The position numbers and the translations under genes were made by a program. Below are positions 45,200 through 64,000 of a stretch of 64,000 nucleotides of DNA, piece after piece; positions within the stretch are counted from its first letter, which is position 1; each line of letters begins with the position of its first letter. Source of the stretch: the human T2T-CHM13v2.0 reference genome, Homo sapiens; the NCBI RefSeq assembly GCF_009914755.1, contig NC_060932.1; one strand, written 5' to 3'. The notes beneath the pieces are model-generated. The model was not told the DNA's origin and searched no databases. It saw only the letters and a program-made list of their open reading frames with translations.

Positions 45200-45753
45200 T
45201 GTAATGCCCAACCTTGTTTTTACTAACCCCGCTTTTAGACTCCCCGTTTTCCTTTAATCACCTAGCCTTGTTTCCACCTGAATTGACTCTCCCTTAGCTA
45301 AGAGAGCCAGACAGACTCCATCTTGGCTCTTTCACTGGCAGCCCCTTCCTCAAGGACTTAGCTTGTGCAAGCTGACTCCCAGCACATCCAGGAATGCAAT
45401 TAACTGGTAAGATACTGTGGCAAGCTATATCCGCAATTCACAGGAATTCGTCTGATTGATAACGCCCAAAGCCCCGAGTCTATCACCTTGTAATAGTCTT
45501 AAAGCCCCTGCACCTGGAACTGTTTACTTTCCTGTAACCATTTATCCTTTTAACTTTTTGCCTAATTTATTTCTGTAAAATTGTTTTAACTGGACCCCCC
45601 TCCCCTTTCTAAACCAAAGTATAAAAGAAAATCTAGTCCCTTCTTTGGGGCTGAGAGAATTTTGAGCGATAGCCGTCTCTCGGTCGCTGGCTAATAAAGG
45701 ATTCTTAATTTGTCTGAAAGTGTGGCGTTTTTCCAACTCGTTCAGGTACAACA
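45200..45753 (+). mobile_element. Solo ERV1 LTR (LTR6A/B, HERV-S71/HERV-T-like)
   Basis: TGTAATGCCCAACC...GGTACAACA with perfect 4-bp TSD GTTC; TATAAAA and AATAAA present. Confidence 0.82.
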
Positions 45754-45911
45754 GTTCTAGCATCTATTAGCTATGTGGCCTTTCAACACCTGGCATAAAA
45801 TTCTGAACAATGGCTTGGAAATTAAGATACCTTAGCTCTAGTCCTTGCTCTGCTAATAATTAATAGAGTGAAACTGGACAGGGTTATTCACATGTGTGTG
45901 CCTCAGTTTAC

Positions 45912-46610
45912 TGTTAACTGAAGAATGACAAAGTTCATAAATTTGAAAAGGAGAGGTTTCTTATATGGGGTTGCAACCTGCAGGGTGGCCATGCTACAGT
46001 CTGGGAAGCATTGCCTCTGGCTGGAAGCCAGAAACAGGCACTTTCAGGGTCAGAAGAATAAGACAGAGATTTATGCTGAATGGGGTGACCAAATATACAT
46101 ATTCAATAGGCTATAGGAGGAGTTATGAATATTTATGAAAGGAGAAATGTGTACATGTGCAATTTGGCTTCATGCCCCTTCATGGGACCTACATTCAAAA
46201 AATGGCAGCCTTAGCATGATCTGAGGGAGGATCTTTCAGCCCTCTGAGGTCAAAAGTGAAGGAGAGGACAGGAAACCCTCACTGTGTGTTCTCCGTAGGG
46301 GCCAGAACCACTGCATGTTTGGTGAACCTGGCTGGTTGTTATGTTGAAACTGCAAAAGGGAGGGATAACAGTCAGGTGCTTGTTTGATACCAGGGGTAGA
46401 GGAGACTTTCAAAAGGGCTGGTTTCTGTTTAGCCCTTAGGGAAGAATGTCTAAAGAGAATTACCTACAAGGGTATAACGAGGAGTGTCTGACATTCCATC
46501 TAGTAATGAACTAGAACTCAGTTTTCAAGTTAACTCTGGGACCCTCTTAGCCAAGAAGAGGTCCATTCAGTTGGTTGAAGAGCTTAGGATTTCATTTATA
46601 TCTCTCATCA
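45912..46610 (-). mobile_element. ERV1 MER4-group solo LTR (subfamily unresolved)
   Basis: TG..CA bounded; ends in gagcttaggatttcatttat, typical of a reversed MER4-group LTR start. Confidence 0.6.
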
Positions 46611-46631
46611 CTAATCTGCAAAAGCTGGTAG

Positions 46632-47639
<1,008 letters not shown>

Positions 47640-47836
47640 GTAGTACCCACTTCATAAGTGAAATCACTTATCTTAGTGGTAGGGTCCCAAAAGTTGTTTG
47701 GTAGGAGAGGGTTGAGGCTGGGAGAGGTGGCTCATGCCTGTAATCCCAGCACTTTGGGAGGCCAAGGTGGGTGGATCTCCTGAGGTCAGGAGTTCCAGAC
47801 CAGCCTGGTCAACATGGTGAAACCCCATCTCTACTA

Positions 47837-48007
<171 letters not shown>

Positions 48008-48067
48008 TCAAAAAAAAAAAAAAAAAAAAAAAGAAGTAGAGTGTTTAATTAAATAATTTGTTCTTGC

Positions 48068-49085
<1,018 letters not shown>

Positions 49086-49239
49086 TAAATCAATCATAAT
49101 CCTAGACTATGTTACTCAAACTACATACAACACCTTCTGAGCTTCTGGCAGGCCCTTCCTCCCCTCCCTGCTCACCACAGATCACTGGAATAATTGTCTG
49201 CATGTAACTTCTAATTTTGAAGTGGTTGTGGTTTATCAA

Positions 49240-50746
49240 ACCTGGAACATGGCACTTCCAAGTACATGAGCTAAGGTCACAGTAAGACTCAAGCCCCTTC
49301 AACAGAATACCTGGAATTTCTCTGTTAAAGATTTTCTCCTTTACCTGACTACATGTTTGTAATGCAGATCCCTCCAGGAGCGCTTACTTATAAACTGTCC
49401 TGGATCACTAACGCGACATTTTGATGTAAATTAGTTTATCTTGACGTGCTAATGGTAGAAAAAAAGAGAACATGAGGAAACTTGGGTGCTTTCAGGGCTG
49501 GTAGGAAGGATTAAATCTTTGCGGCAATTTCTGAGAAGGGGAAGGAAACCTTGCTAACAATTTTGATAGTTTACTCCATTTGGCTGGAGTAACTCTGATC
49601 CATTTGTCAAATTCACGATGGAGCAGGTACCTGTTAGGGTACAGGTTTGATAAACCACAACCACAGGTCTATTTCATTTCTCCTTTTCCAAAGTGGAACA
49701 AATTTGTCTCTGGGGTTAAAACTGCTTTTCTCATATTGGTGTGTAAGAGAAAATGAGGGAATTTCTTTGAGTTTGTTTGGTTTGTCTGTTTGTTTAAGCA
49801 GCATTTTTTAAATAATTTACTCAGCCCTGTCTCAGAGAAAGTCCATGATGATCTGGAATTCAACCTCAGGGAAAAGTTCTCTCCTGTGCCTGAGACACTG
49901 CGCAACTAACTGGAACCGAAGGATGGAACCTGGGTGTTTAATTTATTAGGAACAATTGATTCTTCAGTGACACTTTCCATGCAGATACTTCAAACAAAAT
50001 AATGGAGCCCCACAGACCGAATGTGAAGACAGCAGTGCCATTGTCTTTGGAAAGCTATCACATATCTGAAGAGTATGGCTTTCTTCTTCCAGATTCTCTG
50101 GTAAGGATAGAGCCTTGGTAAGGATAGGTCAGAATATGTTTCTTGAGATGTTGGTTGGTTTGTTTTTTAAAAATGTATGTGATTATTAAGAGACCAATAT
50201 AAATATCAAGTTGTTTACCTGAGAAAGATGCTACAAAGAGCATAGATTATCATTACTATCAAAAGAGAAGTGACAGATACCACAGAGAACAGGTCAAATG
50301 GAACATTTTTTGTTTCAGTTTCTTTTGACTAGATTGTCAGGCCAGAGAAATTATAAGCAAACCTGTAGTTATCAAGAAAAAGCATGAACTTAAATATAAA
50401 TAAAGAACAAATACAGAGCCTCAGCACCTGGAACATGGCACTTCCAAGTACATGAGCTAAGGTCACAGTAAGACTCAAGCCCCTTCAACAGAGTACCTGG
50501 AATTTCTCTGTTAAAGATTTTCTCCTTTGCATGACTACATGTTTGTAATGCAGATCCCCCCAGGAGCGCTTACTTATAAACTGTCCTGGATCACTATCGC
50601 GACATTTTGATGTAAATTAGTTTATCTTGACTTGCTAATGGTAGAAAAAAAGAGAACATGAGGAAACTTGGGTGCTTTCAGGGCTGGTAGGAAGGATTAA
50701 ATCTTTGTGGCAATTTCTGAGAAGGGGAAGGAAACCTTGCTAACAA
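49240..50746. repeat. Dispersed 321-bp direct repeat (49240-49560 and 50426-50746) flanking IDO2 exon 2
   Basis: ACCTGGAACATGGCACTTCC...GGAAACCTTGCTAACAA occurs twice, with about 7 mismatches by eye. Confidence 0.95.
49985..50100 (+). CDS. IDO2: IDO2 exon 2 (second ATG at 50002); the gene continues beyond the window
   Basis: ttccatgcag acceptor; (D)TSNKIMEPHRPNVKTAVPLSLESYHISEEYGFLLPDSL; donor CTG|GTAAGG. Homologous to IDO1 exon 1 ([16 protein letters not shown]), with a phase-0 donor at the same position. Confidence 0.93.
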
Positions 50747-51325
50747 ACAATACCTCTTTCTTAATTCTACTTAGGGCTCAAATTGTAATGCAAATCTTTT
50801 TCATCATTTAGCCCTTATAAACACTGTTTTTCTCATCTGGTGTGGTCCAAGGCCTAGAACATTAAAACTATCAAAGCTTTTACAGACCATCAGGTGTCAT
50901 CCCCCTCTTTCTACATCTGAGCTAGCTGAAATCCAGAGGAAATGACTTGCTGAAAGTCATGAGTGGCAAAAGCAGAACTAGTTCTGCTTATAACTCTTGA
51001 CTTTTAGTTATTATTATTATTAATTATTATTATTACATCCTAAATGAGGGCCAAGGCCACTCAGTTAAAAATCGTGGGGTCCAGGCCAGGTGCAGTGGCT
51101 CACGCCTATAATCCCAGCACTTTTGGGAGGCCAAGGCAGGTGGATCACTTGAGGTTCAGGAGTTCAAGACCAGGTTGATCAACATGGTGAAACCCCGTCT
51201 CTACTAAAAATACAAAAATTGGCCAGGCGTGGTGGCACATGCCTGTAGTTCCAGCTATTGGGGAGGCTGAGGCAGGAGAATCCTTGAACCCAGGAGGGGG
51301 AGGTTGCAATGAGTGGAGATCATGC

Positions 51326-51818
51326 TGTTGGGAATGAAGTTTTTGGTGTCACAGAAAAAGAATGAACATGGGAACAAATGATCTCTCAGCAAAAGGACCT
51401 TTACTTTCTGCAGAAAGGGTGCTACTCAATAGCTGTCCAGCCACGAGAGCACACCAAACAAAGGAGACAGAGTTATTTATAACCTGACGCATCTACCCTA
51501 CTGCTGTGTCCAGCTTCCATTGGCTGGAATAGGACCTCACATTTTACACTTTACCCAATCGGCTATTAGTTTAAAACTTTTTTAATTGGATAAGGGAACA
51601 GAACAAAGAAAGAAAAGCAAGTTGCCCAGGGATAGTTAAGGAAACATCTCCATATAAGGAATGGCATGCACTATGGGCTGGGGCTTTTCTAGTTCTGTAC
51701 AGACATGCCGGAGCAAGCTACGACAGCTGATTTGGACAGCCACTAATAGTGGCTAGCAATCTTATAGTAAGAAATTGTGACTTTTTATAATCTTTGAAGA
51801 ACTTTCCCATTTCTGACA
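51326..51818 (-). mobile_element. LTR10-family solo LTR inserted inside an Alu (51084-51912)
   Basis: Alu text breaks at GAGATCATGC and resumes at GTGCCACTGCAC (4-bp TSD ATGC/GTGC); TG..CA ends. Confidence 0.8.
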
Positions 51819-52233
51819 GTGCCACTGCACTCCAGCCTGGGCAACAAGAGCGAAACTCGTCTCAAAACAAAACAAAACAAAACAAAACAAAACAAAACAA
51901 AACAAAACAAAACAGCTCTCTACTCTTGGAAGCAGCAGAGTTTTTATCTTCATTTATATCACTCCGGTAACACTCAGAAGTAGACAAGCCTCAGGGTAGG
52001 TATTCAGTAAAAGCCCACTGAATTCCACACTATTCTTTAATCATAGTTAAATGGCAAATTAGGCTGGAGGGTGGGGGTGGAACCTCTCCAAAATTACTGC
52101 AATGACTGCAACATCGGACCCCAAGATTTTTTTTTTTTTTTCTGAGATAGAATCTCTTTCTATCGCCCAGGCTGGAGTGCAGTGGCACTGTGAGAAATGG
52201 GAATGGACCGGACTGTTTCCTCTGACACTGCCA

Positions 52234-52348
52234 CTAGGTTGACCAAGTGTCCCTATTTGTTAGGTACTGGATGGACGCCTGACATGCAAGACTCTCAGTG
52301 CTAAATCAGGAAAGTGCTGGGACAATTCGGATGAGTCGGTCACGCTAA
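52234..52348. mobile_element. hAT MITE remnant (MER94-like)
   Basis: Imperfect terminal inverted repeats TAGGTTGACCAA and TCGGTCACGCTA. Confidence 0.5.
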
Positions 52349-53596
52349 GTTGCACTTAATAGCTCTTGTGACTTTGACTGAATTACAAACATCCCCTGAC
52401 CCTCAATTTTCACATTTACTGGATGGAGATCTGGTGCCACCTCCACTAGATTGCTATGGAGAATGAATGTGAAAGCATTTTCATAAATCCAGTGTAAGGA
52501 CCAGAAGCCAGTCTTCTGACCTTGAGCCAGTGCTTGTTAAAAACTCCACTCTATACATCTAACCCAATTCAGGAATATCCTGCCTAGTTCCAAAGGAAGA
52601 AAAGACCAAATTGCTCTTATTGGGATTAAATGCGTACACTGAGCTGAGGAAAAACAGTATTACAAATGAGCTAAACATGACGTAGATCCACAGTTGTAGA
52701 ATTCCCCTCTTTGTTCTTTCCTCTTTCATAACTACGGAAACAGATGAGAAACATTTACGGCATCAGGTTCTTGTGATGCTCCCTGCCTGATATGCTATGG
52801 TTTTGTTAATGGAATGTCCATTCCTGAGCTTATGCAGAAAAAAGTCCCTTGGGAAAGTGGTTTTACTGTGTTATGTTCATTTTCCCCATAGTTCTCAAAA
52901 TGTACTTCCTTGTTTCAGTTTTAATTTTCTTTCATTGGTGTGACCATTTTCAACTGCTCCCTTTCTGGGAAGAGGTAGCAGACGGACATTTTCATCAAAA
53001 TCTGCCCCAGGTTGCTTCACAGATAAGGAGGGACCCAGCCACTAAAATCACCAGGCAGAGTGTTGCAAGAGTAGATAGAGAATCACAATTGGCTGCCCTG
53101 CTCAAGGGGACACCAGATCTTACTTTCGTTTAGTTGAAAGGCAAGCGTCAGAGTCGGGAGGCTGTACCTTCATGTCCAGTGGCCTCACAGAAGTTCCTTC
53201 AGTATCTCTTTTAGATGAAACTCTTTTAGAAGTTCCTTCAGTATCTCTTTTGGTTTCTCACTATAGATAGTTACTTGAACATGTCTGAAGAAAACGTGGT
53301 CAAGACAGTGAATAAAAAAAATTCTGGTTTTGGGAAGCAGTCTGACTTAGTTTCAAATATTCTATCCCACTGTTTCTGTCAATGTTCAAACCTTTCCAAG
53401 CTCCAACATTTATTGTGGAAAATGTGTGCCTCACCAACTCATGCAAATAAATGTTTCATGTGCCCTACGTGTGTAGAGGGGGCATGGATGTGTGTTTTTG
53501 GAGGGAGGGCTAATTTTTCTTTAGACATGGAGAATACGAGGAAATTAGCTTGGCATCAAGAAGGTTACAGCAGGAGACAAGAGTGAAGAGAACTGA

Positions 53597-62506
<8,910 letters not shown>

Positions 62507-62815
62507 CCAATTGTATGTTTCTAATATGACTTTTCTCCTGAACTTTAAACTGTGTATCCAACTTCTCAGCACAGTCATATCTTTTGATTCCACAGGTAAT
62601 TTAATGTCAATATATTTAAAAATGAATTTACCACCTTTATCCCCACTCTTTGACTTTCACCTGCATTTCTGTTTCAATTCTTGTTTCCATCCATTCATTT
62701 GCTCACCTAATTCATAAACATGGAAATCATCCTCAATTCCTCTTCTTCTTAGCCCAAAAATTCAATTGTGCAGGTTATGCACTGAGAAAAAGAGCCTCAG
62801 GTTAGGGGGATAAAT

Positions 62816-62982
62816 CAGAGATTGGTGAACTTTTTCTGAAGGGCCAAATACTAACTGCTTTAAGCTTGCTTACCATATGGTTTATGTTGCAACTACCAAC
62901 TCTCCTGCTGTAATGTAAAAGCAACCATAGATAGCATGTAAACAAATGAGACAGGCTGGGTGCCAATGAAAATTCACGAAAA
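62816..62982 (+). mobile_element. MER58A-like DNA transposon remnant
   Basis: aactttttctg.aagggcca.ata..ttgcaactac..aaagcaaccataga..gtaaacaaatg..gctg.gt.ccaat.aaa. Confidence 0.6.
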
Positions 62983-63399
62983 TTAATGTAGTTTACTGTC
63001 CCTTGGGTGAGAGTTGGGGGTCACTGAAATTCGGACTATGTCTTACTTGGCTAAACCACAGGCCTAGAGTGGGCCATAAATGGAGCTATTGGGCTAGTGA
63101 TTTTCTTGCCTTAAGCCCCCAGCCCCAAATTTAATAATCACATCATTTTAATTTCATTTTCCAAGTGTATCTTTAATATATGGCTTCTCCTTTCCAAATT
63201 CACTGTCATTACCTAAGTTTAGTCCTTGAACAATATTTTAAAGGCTTCCTTATCTGACTTTATATCTTAAAGTCCTACAAATTTATCTTCCTAAAATTCA
63301 AATCAAACCATGTCACCAACTTACAGAAAGGGAAAATTCATATATTCTACACACAGCACATTTCATGTAACTTTCTAGGCTCATCTTTCATCATCCTTT

Positions 63400-63982
63400 T
63401 GATGCAGGATTTTCTGCTCCTCAGCTCAGCGAAATCCAGGATCTTGTCTCATGACCAGGAAGAATTAGGCAGGTGGACATAGTGAAGGGTGAGGATGACG
63501 GAATTTATTAAGCAAAAGGGGAGTTCTCTGCAAAGAGAGGGGTTTCACCAGCAGTCTCCCACCTCACAATGGAGCACCAGGACTTTCACACACAAACTGA
63601 AAAGGCTAGGCTCCTCCCCAGCATAAGGCATGAATTCCTGGTGGTTCCACCAGTTTTCCTACTATGCATGTGGGTGTGCCCAAGCAAACCATAGGTAGTA
63701 TCAGAAAAGGCAACATTTGATTGGTTAAAAGGCATTATTCACCCAAGCAAACCATAGGTAGTATCAGAAAAGGCAACATTTGATTGGTTAAAAGGCATTA
63801 TTCAGAAAGAATCAATCGGGAAAGGGTGAGCCAATAGGGGAAGTTCTCCCTCTGGGTCACGGGTTTCATCTGGGACCAGGAGTCTGGCCTTTCAGCCTTT
63901 AGACTGTTTTAGGCTTGAAGGTGGGTTTCACAGGGACCCTTCCCTATCTGCCTAGGCATCTGTCTGCCTCCTGCCTCTATCA
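63400..63982 (-). mobile_element. MER61-like ERV1 solo LTR with an internal 63-bp tandem duplication
   Basis: TGATGCAGGATTTTCTGCTCC...GCCTCTATCA with TSD CTTT; 63679-63741 is repeated at 63742-63804. Confidence 0.72.
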
Positions 63983-64000
63983 CTTTCTCTTGAGTTTTAT

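Overview
Human (primate) genomic DNA, very rich in Alu and ERV sequence, recognisable as the IDO1-IDO2 tandem locus. It holds the complete IDO1 gene on the + strand: 10 coding exons at 14761-29019 totalling 1212 nt (403 aa), including a 15-nt microexon and a GC-AG intron, plus its interferon-responsive promoter. It also holds the first two exons of IDO2. Main observation: IDO2 exon 1, with its upstream ATG (MLHFHYY) and splice donor, lies inside a decayed PLK4 processed pseudogene and is read in the PLK4 kinase frame. Other notable structures: a sense ERV provirus upstream of IDO1 with an intact splice donor, a 321-bp near-identical direct repeat flanking the IDO2 start exon, an AluY splitting a duplicated IDO1 poly(A) signal, a template-switch scar in an Alu, a datable inverted duplication, and an LTR carrying a p53-like element. 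Repeat subfamily names and the PLK4/IDO protein comparisons are from memory, not from a search. Repeat boundaries are approximate.
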